Positions 40,141 to 49,803 of a stretch of 64,000 nucleotides of DNA are shown here, piece by piece; within the stretch, counting starts at the first letter, position 1, and each line of letters starts with the position of its first letter. The notes beneath the pieces are model-generated. The model was not told where the DNA came from. It made no database searches and saw nothing but the letters and a program-made list of their open reading frames with translations. The stretch is from assembly GCA_963808625.1 (NCBI GenBank), contig CAWEHK010000029.1, forward strand, positions 1-64,000. Direction: 5' to 3'. This stretch comes from an uncultured delta proteobacterium. GTDB lineage: Bacteria; Desulfobacterota; Syntrophobacteria; Syntrophobacterales; Syntrophobacteraceae. A program made the translations under genes and the position numbers.

Positions 40141-40644
40141 TTGGCAAAAGCACTTGTTGTTTTCGCGACCAGAACCAATCAGACGAGAAGGATAGCCGAA
40201 CTGATCGCCGAAGGCATGCGCTTCGAGAGCGTCGATGTAACCCTGGTGAATGCCAACGAAGTCGAAAAGAAGGGCATCAAGCTGGACGATTATGATGCTT
40301 ACGTCCTCGGGTCGGCTACTTATCACGGAGAAATGCTTCAGGCGATGAAGACCTTTCTCTTTATGCTCGAAAAAGCAAACGTGGAAGGCAAGGTGGGAGG
40401 CGCTTTCGGGGCCTTCGGTTGGAGTGGAGAAGCTCCCGGTCGAATTTTTGAAACGATGCAAAACGTATTCAACATGAAGATGGTGAGAGATGCGTTGCGG
40501 CTGAAGTCTGCTACCCTGGGGGGCGGCATCAAAATGGCCCAGGATTATGGCAGGGAAATTGCCAAAAACTTGCTTGAGGCAGGAAACGTTTCTCTGTGGT
40601 TTCTTCGGCGATTGCTTGGATGTTTGGAAGCCCCGTGTTTTTGA
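40141..40644 (+). CDS. flavodoxin-domain protein
   Basis: ATRTNQT, GSATYHG and [12 protein letters not shown]. The true stop is probably near 40577 (AKKLA*) if one A is missing. Confidence 0.85.
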   Translation: MAKALVVFATRTNQTRRIAELIAEGMRFESVDVTLVNANEVEKKGIKLDDYDAYVLGSATYHGEMLQAMKTFLFMLEKANVEGKVGGAFGAFGWSGEAPGRIFETMQNVFNMKMVRDALRLKSATLGGGIKMAQDYGREIAKNLLEAGNVSLWFLRRLLGCLEAPCF

Positions 40645-40658
40645 AAAAGGAGATCTTT

Positions 40659-41033
40659 ATGGCGGAACAACTGCAGGTCTATAAATGTGAACTGTGCGGA
40701 AACATTGTTGAGGTTCTTCATGGCGGTGGGGGTGAACTGGTCTGTTGTGGTCAGCCGATGAACCTGTTTGTCGAGAACACCGTGGATGCGTCCAGGGAAA
40801 AGCATGTACCGGTCATCGAAAAGACGGACGCCGGGGTAAAGGTAAAGATTGGCTCGGTAGCGCATCCCATGGAAGACAAACATTACATCGAGTGGATTGA
40901 AATCGTGGCGGGGGACAAGGCATACCGCCAATTCCTGAAACCGGGTCAGGCCCCGGAGGCTTTATTCTGCATCGATGCCTGGCCGGTGACGGGGCGGGAA
41001 TACTGTAATCTGCACGGCCTTTGGAAGGCCTAG
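40659..41033 (+). CDS. dfx: desulfoferrodoxin (superoxide reductase)
   Basis: YKCELCGN...CCGQPM, EKHVP, HPM...HYIEW and CNLHGLW. Confidence 0.96.
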   Translation: MAEQLQVYKCELCGNIVEVLHGGGGELVCCGQPMNLFVENTVDASREKHVPVIEKTDAGVKVKIGSVAHPMEDKHYIEWIEIVAGDKAYRQFLKPGQAPEALFCIDAWPVTGREYCNLHGLWKA

Positions 41034-41124
41034 AAAATGGTTGTCAGTCCTCATAACCTGCATCCAGCACCGCGCAGGGAGATGGGGACTGGCGTCCTAA
41101 AAAATAAGAACGGGGGAGATTTGT

Positions 41125-42465
41125 ATGGACGTGCTTTGGCTCTCGCGTTTGCAGTTTGCGGCTGCAACGTTTTTTCATTTCCTCTTCGTCCCCCTCACCT
41201 TGGGGCTTTCGGTCCTGATCGCGATCATGGAAACGAGGTATGTCAGGACGGGCGACGAAGAATACAAAAGGATGGCGAAGTTCTGGGGCAAGCTTTTCCT
41301 GATTAATTTCGCCATCGGCGTGGTGACCGGAATCACCCTGGAATTTCAGTTCGGCACCAACTGGTCACAGTATTCTCGATACGTGGGCGACATTTTCGGG
41401 TCGCTGCTGGCCATCGAGGCTTCGGTAGCTTTTTTTCTTGAATCAACTTTTATCGCCGTATGGGCGTTCGGGTGGAACAAGCTCTCTCCCAAGGCCCACG
41501 CGGTGAGCATCTGGCTCGTAGCTGGTGCGTCCAACCTGTCAGCGGTCTGGATTCTTATTGCCAACGCCTGGATGCAGCATCCCGTCGGCTACGTGATCCG
41601 TAACGGTCGTGCGGAACTGACCGACTTCCTGGCGGTGGTCACCCAGTCGGCGGCAGTCCACCAGATTATCCACACGGTCAGTGGCGCGTACATCCTGGCC
41701 GGATTTGTCGTCATGGGAATCAGCGCTTACCATCTGCTGCGCAAGCAGAACACGGTGTTTTTCAATAGATCATTTCGTCTGGCTCTTGCCTTTGCGCTGA
41801 TCTTTTCCGTTGTCTCAGTCGTTCAGGGCCATGCCAACGGGGCCAAGGTCGCCGCCATTCAACCGGCCAAGCTGGCGGCCATGGAGTCGCTGTGGGAGAC
41901 CAAGAAAAGTGCTCCTCAATACCTCTTTGTCATTCCTGATGAAAAGAACGAACGGAACCTCGTGGAAATTGGCGCGATTCCGGGGGCTTTGAGCATGCTG
42001 GCATACCACGACACCGAAGCGACCGTGAAAGGACTGAAGGATTTTCCGCTGGACGAGCGGCCCCCGGTGACGCTCCCTTTTATCTCTTTCCGGATTATGG
42101 TGGGGCTCGGCTTTCTGTTTCTGGCGCTGACTCTATACGGTTGGTTCAAGCGCAATGACCTCGAGAACAATCCGCGTTATCTGAAAGTCATGCTGTTCGC
42201 CATTCCCCTTCCCTATATTGCCAATGAAGCGGGATGGATGCTGGCGGAAGTCGGGCGGCAGCCGTGGGTGGTTTATGGCGTCATGAAGACCAGCGCGGCG
42301 GTCTCCCCGATCAGCGTCCCTCAGGTCATGACGTCGCTGGTGGCTTTTGTCCTGGTCTACTCCCTGCTCGGGGCCGCTGCTTTCTTCCTAATGGCCAGGC
42401 ATGCACGGAAAGGGCCTGAACCTTACCAGTCAGCCACGGAAACGGGAGGTGCCGAAAATGCTTGA
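41125..42465 (+). CDS. cydA: cytochrome bd ubiquinol oxidase subunit I
   Basis: SRLQF, HFLFVPLTLG, EFQFGTNW, QPAKLAAME and EVGRQPW. Confidence 0.96.
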   Translation: MDVLWLSRLQFAAATFFHFLFVPLTLGLSVLIAIMETRYVRTGDEEYKRMAKFWGKLFLINFAIGVVTGITLEFQFGTNWSQYSRYVGDIFGSLLAIEASVAFFLESTFIAVWAFGWNKLSPKAHAVSIWLVAGASNLSAVWILIANAWMQHPVGYVIRNGRAELTDFLAVVTQSAAVHQIIHTVSGAYILAGFVVMGISAYHLLRKQNTVFFNRSFRLALAFALIFSVVSVVQGHANGAKVAAIQPAKLAAMESLWETKKSAPQYLFVIPDEKNERNLVEIGAIPGALSMLAYHDTEATVKGLKDFPLDERPPVTLPFISFRIMVGLGFLFLALTLYGWFKRNDLENNPRYLKVMLFAIPLPYIANEAGWMLAEVGRQPWVVYGVMKTSAAVSPISVPQVMTSLVAFVLVYSLLGAAAFFLMARHARKGPEPYQSATETGGAENA

Positions 42466-43495
42466 ATCGATCTGGTTCATTCTGTGGGGTGTGTTGTGGG
42501 CGGTTTATTTCATGCTGGACGGATTCGACCTGGGCCTGGGCACGCTCATGCCGTTTCTCGCTAAAACGGAGACCGACAAACGGGTCATGCTCCGGGCCAT
42601 GGGGCCATTCTGGGACGGCAACGAGGTCTGGCTCATCGCGGCCGGAGGGGTGACCTTCGCGGCCTTTCCGACCACCTATGCCGTGATGTTCAGCGGCCTC
42701 TATTCGGCGTTGATGCTGATCCTCTTTGCCCTGATCCTGCGCGGCGTGGCAATTGAGTTCCGGAACGATGTGGACCATCCCACCTGGAAAAAGGTCTGGG
42801 AGATCTGCCTGTTCGTGGGCAGCTTTCTCCCGGCGCTGCTGCTCGGGGTGGCTTTCGCCAATATCTTCCAGGGGATTCCCATTGACGCCGATGGGATTTT
42901 CCAGGGGACTCTGTTTTCCCTGCTGAATCCCTATGGTCTTTTTGGCGGCGTGCTGTTTGTGGCCTTGTTTTTGTTGCACGGATGCCTGTGGTTGGTGGTC
43001 AAAACCGAAGGTCCGGTGAAGGAAAGGGCGGCGGCGCTTGTCAACAAGCTGTGGGCGGTGCTGGCCGTCATCGCCGTAGGATTTTTGATCGCCACCTGGT
43101 ATGCCACGCGTCTCTATGACAACTACATCCAGAATCCCTTAATGTATGTCGTGCCGATCATTTTGATCCCGCTGATCGTGGTCGGAGCGCTCATCATGGT
43201 GCGGGTCTATGCGAACAAAGGGCATTGGTGGTCCGCCTGGTTTGCCTCGAGCGCTCTCATCGTTGGGGTTACCCTTTTTGGCGTGGCCGGGCTCTTCCCG
43301 AACCTCCTGCCCTCGAGCCTCAATCCCGCTTTCAGTTTGACAATTTACAACTCAGCGTCGAGCCAGCTCACTTTGAAGATCATGCTGGGCGTCGCCTTGA
43401 CTTTTGTCCCGGTGGTGATTGTCTACCAGGCGTGGGTCTACAACCTGTTCAAGGACCCCGTGACCGAGGCGGAAGCCGAGGAAGCCTATCATTAG
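42458..43495 (+). CDS. cydB: cytochrome bd ubiquinol oxidase subunit II
   Basis: LDGFDLG and PFWDGNEVWL. Confidence 0.96.
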   Translation: MLESIWFILWGVLWAVYFMLDGFDLGLGTLMPFLAKTETDKRVMLRAMGPFWDGNEVWLIAAGGVTFAAFPTTYAVMFSGLYSALMLILFALILRGVAIEFRNDVDHPTWKKVWEICLFVGSFLPALLLGVAFANIFQGIPIDADGIFQGTLFSLLNPYGLFGGVLFVALFLLHGCLWLVVKTEGPVKERAAALVNKLWAVLAVIAVGFLIATWYATRLYDNYIQNPLMYVVPIILIPLIVVGALIMVRVYANKGHWWSAWFASSALIVGVTLFGVAGLFPNLLPSSLNPAFSLTIYNSASSQLTLKIMLGVALTFVPVVIVYQAWVYNLFKDPVTEAEAEEAYH

Positions 43496-43573
43496 GCGTT
43501 CCCCCCCCAGGCTAATTGGCGAAGCAAATGGTCCAAGAAGCCAAGCCACTTTCTGGATCATCCGGGTCCGCCT

Positions 43574-44143
43574 GGGGGGCGTAAAAAAACAAGAGATCTT
43601 CTTCTACCACGAAGAACACGAAGAACACGAAGGACACGAAGAACACCAAGTGGTGTCTCCGTGTTCTTCGTGGTTCATAAAAGGCTGAAATGAGTGCAAG
43701 TCATTTCTCGGGCAGTTCCTAATATTACAACGGGGTTTCCGCAGGCAGCCTTGATCTGTGGGGCAGGCTTTCCAGCCTCTCTTGTGGCCAGTTGGGCATG
43801 GCAGGCTGGAAGGCCTGCCCCACACAGTTTGAGCCTTCCTCAAAGTACCGTTGCAGTAATAAGCTAAGGTTTGCAAGAAGTGTGGCTGTTCCTGAGATTG
43901 CTTCCAGCCTGCCGAGAGATGCCCTGAAAGGGCTTGATAAAATAGCCCAGGGTCAGCACTTTGTGCGCCACCCTGGGCTGGGGTCCGAGCACCCTTTGCC
44001 TTACCCTGAAAGGGTTAGATAAATTGTTGTCGGCATGTTTTATGTAACCCCTTCAGGGTATATGCTGGTGTTGCCCTTGGTTCTCGGCTTTCCAGAGTGG
44101 CGCGATGCTGACCCCGGGCTGATTTATGGAGCCCTTTCAGGGC
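43574..44143. repeat. cluster of intergenic palindromic repeats
   Basis: Nonamer MITE-like copy at 43574-43720. GGCAGGCTTTCCAGCC inverted pair at 43761-43820 (also at 17-75). Long CCCTGAAAGGG/CCCTTTCAGGG palindrome at 43921-44143. Confidence 0.75.
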
Positions 44144-44154
44144 AGAGATGAACA

Positions 44155-45069
44155 TTAACTGTTCCCGTCAATGGTTTCGAACAATCGCAGGATGCGCTGG
44201 TAGGGCTTAAGTTCGTCAAGCCATGTGCCCGGAATGGCGTCGAGGCCGAGATGAGCCCCCAGAACCATCCCCACCACCATACCGCGGGCAGCTGAGTCGC
44301 CTCCGGCCATGACATTCTCGATGAGAGCCTCCTCTAAATCGCTCTCATATTTGCCGATGAGATGCACCACAGCGGGAAAAGCCCCCCGCGTGTCGCAGCT
44401 TTGACCAAAGTTGGCGACAGCCTCGTGCGAGCCGACTTCGAGGCTCTGCAAACAGTTCGCAACCCAGTCTGCAAACGGGGTCCCGCCAAAGGATTCCTGC
44501 GCTGTCTCGGTCATTGCTGCGGTCGGGGTCTTGCCCTGCAATACCTTAAACGTTACCCTGGCAAAGAAGTCCGCACCGGCAATCACCATCGGGTTATTGT
44601 GGGTCATTGCCGTCTGCGCGCGCGCATGGATCACCAGTTCTTCCGGATGGTTGCGATACCGATAGACGAGGGGGGCGATTCGAGCCGCTCCCGCCAGGTC
44701 CGTCGAGGCTGAGCCCGATCCGGTTGGCGGCTTTCCGTCCGAGAAATTCCTGAGCGTCCCTTTTGTGGCCTTGTCAATATAGCCGTTGTAGTGTTCAAAA
44801 AGCGCTTTCCACCTCCGGGCAAAATCCTCGAGATCGAACCCGGAACATGAGGCGATGGACTCCAACAGGACCAGGGCCTGATCCCCATAGTGAGTGAATT
44901 CGCCGCGGTCTTTGGTGGGGTGATACGAAGCCGGTTCAGGCTTCAGCAGGTGTTCCACCCGCCCGAAGCGGCGCCCGATTTCCGTGGTGTCATACATCCA
45001 GTGCGCCCCCAGCGCGAGCGAATCCCCCACAAAGGAAGCAATTACCATGGCTCTTGCCTTGTCTTCCAT
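44155..45069 (-). CDS. ADP-ribosylglycohydrolase family protein
   Basis: VGDSLALG, HYGDQ, QTAMTH and NVMAGGDSAARG. Confidence 0.85.
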   Translation of the reverse strand: MEDKARAMVIASFVGDSLALGAHWMYDTTEIGRRFGRVEHLLKPEPASYHPTKDRGEFTHYGDQALVLLESIASCSGFDLEDFARRWKALFEHYNGYIDKATKGTLRNFSDGKPPTGSGSASTDLAGAARIAPLVYRYRNHPEELVIHARAQTAMTHNNPMVIAGADFFARVTFKVLQGKTPTAAMTETAQESFGGTPFADWVANCLQSLEVGSHEAVANFGQSCDTRGAFPAVVHLIGKYESDLEEALIENVMAGGDSAARGMVVGMVLGAHLGLDAIPGTWLDELKPYQRILRLFETIDGNS

Positions 45070-45096
45070 TTCTTGGCCCTCCGGTTTCTTAAAAGC

Positions 45097-45210
45097 AGTG
45101 ATCAGTGGTCAGTGGTCAGTGAAAAGTAGAAAGCAAACAGTGAAGAGTGAACAGTAAAAAGTGATTAGTGGATCGTGAAAAGTGAATGGTGAACGGTGAA
45201 AAGTGAACAG
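45097..45210. repeat. degenerate heptamer tandem repeat (NAGTGAA/CAGTGRT)
   Basis: cagtgat cagtggt cagtggt cagtgaa aagtaga...aagtgaa tggtgaa cggtgaa aagtgaa. Confidence 0.88.
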
Positions 45211-45236
45211 CAGAGAGAGCACGCTAGCCGGGTTTA

Positions 45237-45367
45237 GGAACTATCTCAAAATGGTCAAAATGCCGTTGATCGTCATTCCGGTAAAAGCCGGAATCCAGAT
45301 TTTCCTAAGGATTCTGGACCCCGGCTTCCGCCGGGGTGACGGGGTAAGCCAGTTTTAAGATAGTCTC
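45237..45367. repeat. REP-like palindrome bracketed by short inverted repeats (MITE-like)
   Basis: ACTATCTCAAAA...TTTTAAGATAGT around GTCATTCCGG...GGAATCCAG/CTGGACCCCGG...GGGGTGAC. Confidence 0.65.
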
Positions 45368-45666
45368 TTAATTGGCGGTGGAGCGACCACTCTGCACCCT
45401 CGTATAATCCACGTTATTTGCCGTGTAATGAACGGCGGCTAAAAACTGTGGTGAACCATTCCAAAACAAGATAAAAAATAATTGCGGTACGTAAATCCGG
45501 GAAATGCCCTTTTGCGGTTTCGCATCGGCCCCTGGATCGGGGAATCCGGCTCTTAAAATAGGGCCCGCACCCTGTGAGAAACGAGCGAGGGTTGCGGAGC
45601 CTTGCCCCGGAACATGGCAACTTGCACTCACTCACCATTATCTTCGATATCCGCGCAGGAGGCAAA

Positions 45667-46322
45667 ATGAGAAAGTTGTCCGCATCCATTCTTTCAGCCA
45701 AATTCGGAAAACTTGCCGAAGAAGTCAGGGCTGTCGAAGCGGGAGGTGCCGACTGGATTCACGTCGATGTCATGGACGGCCATTTCGTCCCTAACATAAC
45801 CATTGGTCCGGACGTGGTGCGGGCCATTAAAGAAGCCACAGCCCTTCCCCTTGATGTTCACCTGATGATCGAAAAGCCCGAGCGCTGCCTCGAAGCCTTT
45901 GTCAAGGCCGGAGCCGACTGGCTGGGAGTGCACGTGGAAGTCTGCCCGCATCTCCATCGTATCGTGCAGCATATCAAGGAACTTGGGGCGCGGGCGACCG
46001 TGGTGGTCTGAATCCGGCAACGCCGCTGGTGAGCCTCGATCCCATCCTGAGCGACGTCGACATGGTTCTCCTCATGACCGTGAATCCGGGTTTCGGGGGG
46101 CAGAAATTCATTCGCACCATGCTGCCCAAGGTGCGCCAATGCCGTCAGATGATCGATGCCCGCCAGGCGGAAGTGCTGCTCGAGGTGGATGGGGGCGTTA
46201 ATCTCGAGACGATTGACGATTTGGTGGCGGCCGGCGTAGATATTTTTGTGGCAGGTTCCGCAGTCTTTCAAGGGCAAGATTATGCTGCCAATATCAGTGG
46301 TCTGAAAGCGCGAATGGGGTGA
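45667..46322 (+). CDS. rpe: ribulose-phosphate 3-epimerase (frameshift near 46008)
   Basis: HVDVMDGHFVPN, DVHLMI, MTVNPGFGGQ and EVDGG. Confidence 0.95.
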
Positions 46323-46351
46323 GGCGTCTCTCTTGCCAATTGTGGTTCCAA

Positions 46352-46786
46352 TCATTCTGCAGGGCTGGTAGGATCTTTTCGCGTGCGTCTCAGAAGGAAA
46401 TAACCGACTGCCAGCCCGACAATGATCGCGGCAATCCCGAGAAGAGTCTGGAAGCCCATTGTATCGATTTCCACGATAATGATCTTGCGGGCGACGGCAA
46501 TCATGGCAATGAGCAGGATGATTTCCACTTCGGCGTGGATTGCGTGGTTGGTGAGGTAGCTCTGCATTGATTCGACCAGTTCGAGGCCGATGAGGACCAA
46601 CAGAAAGAGCCCGAAGATGCCCTTCAGCTTGGTGGCGTCAAGGAGCATGGTGGGAGGGGTAAGGAGATCGGTGATCAGCACCCAGGCGAGGTCCAGGGTG
46701 GAAAAGATAACAGTCAGCGTCAGCAGGACGATAATGGTCTTGACGATGACCTCTTTCACCTTTTCGAACAGCAGCAGTAAATTCAT
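46352..46786 (-). CDS. phosphate-starvation-inducible PsiE family membrane protein
   Basis: FGLFLLVLIGLEL...IAMIAVARKIII. Confidence 0.85.
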   Translation of the reverse strand: MNLLLLFEKVKEVIVKTIIVLLTLTVIFSTLDLAWVLITDLLTPPTMLLDATKLKGIFGLFLLVLIGLELVESMQSYLTNHAIHAEVEIILLIAMIAVARKIIIVEIDTMGFQTLLGIAAIIVGLAVGYFLLRRTRKDPTSPAE

Positions 46787-46805
46787 TTTTGCGCCGTAAG
46801 TCCTG

Positions 46806-47408
46806 TCAGCCTGTCTTGACAAGCGTGGCAAGAATGCCGATAGCTTTGCATTCGAAGGCCTCAGTGATCGAGAGGTGGACGGTATTCAGGGTCCCTTTGA
46901 GGTCGCTGCTGGTGAAGCGGTTTTCTTCCGGATGAAGGAGGATATGGCGGGTAATGAAGTTTTGGTAAAGCCCAGGGTAGAGCTCTTCCATGTAATAGCT
47001 GCCACCGGTCTTCAGGACCCGCGCGAGTTCGGCCAGCCCGCGTTGCCAATCCGGCACATGATGCAAAACGCCAAAACCAAAAACGGCATCGAACACGCCG
47101 TCACCATAAGGGAGCTGCGCGACATCAGCGGTCTGCATGAAGATGCGCTCTTTCTGCGAAGAAGAGAGGTATTTCTCAGCCCGCTTGATCATTCTGAAGT
47201 CCAGGTCCATGGCAACAATCGCAGTCGGCTGGAATTCTTTCAGGATCAGGCCGGCGCCCGCCCCGCGACCGCATCCCACTTCCAGGATGAGAGCGCCGGG
47301 TTTCAAAGGCATGCGCCGCTGCAGCCAGCGGATCTCGGCCCGCTGCTCAAAGACCCGGCCGGGATTGTTCACGACCAACCGTTCCGCCCAGTTCAGCTTC
47401 ATCGTCAA
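46806..47408 (-). CDS. class I SAM-dependent methyltransferase
   Basis: LEVGCGRG, FDAVFGFGVLHH and RVLKTGG. Confidence 0.9.
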   Translation of the reverse strand: MTMKLNWAERLVVNNPGRVFEQRAEIRWLQRRMPLKPGALILEVGCGRGAGAGLILKEFQPTAIVAMDLDFRMIKRAEKYLSSSQKERIFMQTADVAQLPYGDGVFDAVFGFGVLHHVPDWQRGLAELARVLKTGGSYYMEELYPGLYQNFITRHILLHPEENRFTSSDLKGTLNTVHLSITEAFECKAIGILATLVKTG

Positions 47409-47415
47409 GCACTCA

Positions 47416-48211
47416 TTACTTTATTCCCAGGTGGGCAACGGCAATTCCGTTCGTAAACCGTCTGTAAGTCACCTGGGAGAAACCGATGTTTTCAAGAAGA
47501 GCCCTGAGCTCGTCCGGTCCGGGGAAGAGGCGGATCGATTCGGGAAGATAGGTGTAGGCGCGCCGCGAGCCCACCAGGACCTTGCCGATTGCCGGCATCA
47601 GGTAAAACGAATAAAAATCATAAAGGGCACGGAACCAGGGCGTGACCGGTTGTGAAAACTCGAGGCACATCAGCTTTCCCCCCGGTTTCAGCACGCGGTG
47701 CATTTCTTGGAAGCCCTTTTCCATGTGGGTCAGGTTTCTGATGCCGAACCCTACCATGGCGGCATCATAGGTGCTCCTCGGCCAGGGGTAAATGCTCGGC
47801 GTCGCCCTGGACGTAGGTTATGCGGTGAGCATAGGGGGATGCCTCGACTTTTGGCCGTCCGATCGCCATCATTTTCCAGTTGATGTCGCACAGGGTGACG
47901 AGTCCCGATGGGCCGACGGCGCGGGCTGCAAACAAGGAAAGGTCGGCAGTGCCGCCGCAGATATCGAGGACGCGGTCCCCCTCGTGCAGCGCCATCATCG
48001 CCACGGCGATTTTCTTCCAAAGATAGTGAATGCCAAAGCTTAAGAGCGTATTCATGAAGTCGTACTTTTCCGCTACGGTGTTGAAATGGCGGCGGACCCA
48101 GTCAACTTTCTCGCTTTCCGGGACGCGAAGGTAGCCAAAAGGGGCCGTGGCGGGTGCCGAGGTGGGGTTCACCGGAAGGGTTTCCGACTTCATCAGGGGA
48201 TCGGGCTGCAT
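47416..48211 (-). CDS. ubiE: ubiquinone/menaquinone C-methyltransferase (frameshift near 47770)
   Basis: YDFMNTLLSFGIH, LDICGGTAD, FGIRN and YTYLPESI. Confidence 0.92.
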
Positions 48212-48379
48212 CGTTTTATGAAGGGCCTGTCTGGCGTTTGCCTAGGTCTTGAGCTATGGCGGAATGCAGAAATCGAAGTTAGAGGTCGGAAGAAAGAGCA
48301 CCACACTCAAGGATTTTCTTTCCGACCTCCAACCGCTGCTCCCGCCAAGCGCGGCTGAGATCTGCAGCAAAGCGAACGA

Positions 48380-48574
48380 CTAAGCCGGTTTAACGACCAA
48401 ACCGGTGCGAATGCAACGGGTGCAGACGCGAAGCCGGCGCACTTGACCGTCTCTGCCAACATGACGAACAGGCTGCAGATTGGGATACCACAAGCGTTTC
48501 GTCTTGTTATTGGCGTGACTCACATTATTGCCAACGTGGGGTGTCTTCCCGCAGAATTCACATTTCCGACTCAT
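48380..48574 (-). CDS. rpmB: 50S ribosomal protein L28
   Basis: [10 protein letters not shown]...[13 protein letters not shown]...PNLQ...VCTRCI. Confidence 0.96.
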   Translation of the reverse strand: MSRKCEFCGKTPHVGNNVSHANNKTKRLWYPNLQPVRHVGRDGQVRRLRVCTRCIRTGLVVKPA

Positions 48575-49803
48575 GAAAAAGCTTCCTTTCCAATCGAATC
48601 TGTCGCGCCATATCAGCGCCATTTCACCGCAGAACAAGCAGAAAGCATAGCACCGACGTTGGTCGCAACCAGGTTATTGACAAAATCTCAAGAACTTGCA
48701 CGATAGGAGAGCAGCGGAAAGCGCCCCGGCTTCTCTAATCGGTTTCGGATTTGAATCAGCGTCTCAGCCATCTTGGTCCGATCAAGCACACTCTGCACTG
48801 CTGACCTGCAGTTTCTTGAAAGTTTTTCGAGATGTTTGTGTAACTTATTGTTTTCTCGGTGCTCTCTGCGTCTCCGCGGTGAATGTTTGGTTGCATCCTT
48901 TGGCCGCGCTGCGTTCTCCGCGAGGTCCACGGTGAACAATCGCTTGACAATTAAGTTCCCAACCAAGGGAGCACTTCTATCATAGCGATTTCAGGAGGGC
49001 AAGTCCTTTTGACGCGTTAGAATTCTAAACCCGCTGCTTGTGAGACTGGAGCCAACACCGGAAGCAAATTTTCTGAGGAACCCGATGCAGGAAAACTGGA
49101 TGGCGGGACCTGTGCAGGCGGGGGCATTTTCGGTTGTCATCATAAGGCGCCGCACCATCGTACCGGTAGTCCGGTCTTGGCAGCGGTCTGCGAAGGCAGC
49201 GACGGCACAGTAAGGGAGCGTTGTTGTGACATGGGTAGCTGTTGTCACAAAAGGCGCAAAGATAAAGGCTGCCGGTTAATATTTACTACCCCCTATGAGC
49301 CAGATGTCTTTATGCATAACATCTTGTATATGTAGCAATTTATACTTAATTAGGTAGCTCATCTACCCCTTATCTACTTCCATAATTCATCCTTTACATC
49401 GACACCTTCGCTGGATAGCCTTAAAACATTGGGGTTGCATGCCTGAGAGCCCATTAATCAAAGGTTCAAGGGAAAGAACGTATCCTGTATTCATCTTTAT
49501 TGTTGACGACCTGTAACCGAGTTGGCGGAGCTTCATCTTTCATCAGACAGAGGACGAGGTTAAAGTTCCCAGACTGCCCTTCCAAGACAAGCAATCCAGG
49601 CCCTCAACTCGCAACGGATCACTCTTCTGGAGGGAGTTGAAATGAAAAGAGCTGGCCCCTTATGATAGTGTACCTTATGGACCTGACCTGGACATCTTGC
49701 ACCGCGAAGGTTTTAGGCACAGAATTACTGATTTCGGCATGCTCAAAAACGCAAAGGCACAAATGCGGCGCCAGGAAGTATAGATGCCGATAAACTTCGC
49801 CTT

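Noticed and set aside
45370..45625. Hairpin-rich spacer ending ...CCACCGCCA on the minus strand as tRNA, tmRNA or riboswitch
   Set aside because: No T-loop (GTTCRA), cloverleaf or recognisable riboswitch core. Only generic short hairpins.
10969..48211. Frameshifts in fumC, glgA, DUF885, MTase, hydrolase, rpe and ubiE as programmed frameshifting or mass pseudogenisation
   Set aside because: They are 1-2 nt indels, often in homopolymers, and hit housekeeping genes whose motifs are otherwise intact. Sequencing or assembly error is simpler. Read polishing would decide.
49222..49250. TTGTGACA...TGTCACAA palindrome with GGTAGC as a JUMPstart/ops element
   Set aside because: It lacks the full GGCGGTAG ops motif. 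It may be a regulator site but cannot be assigned.
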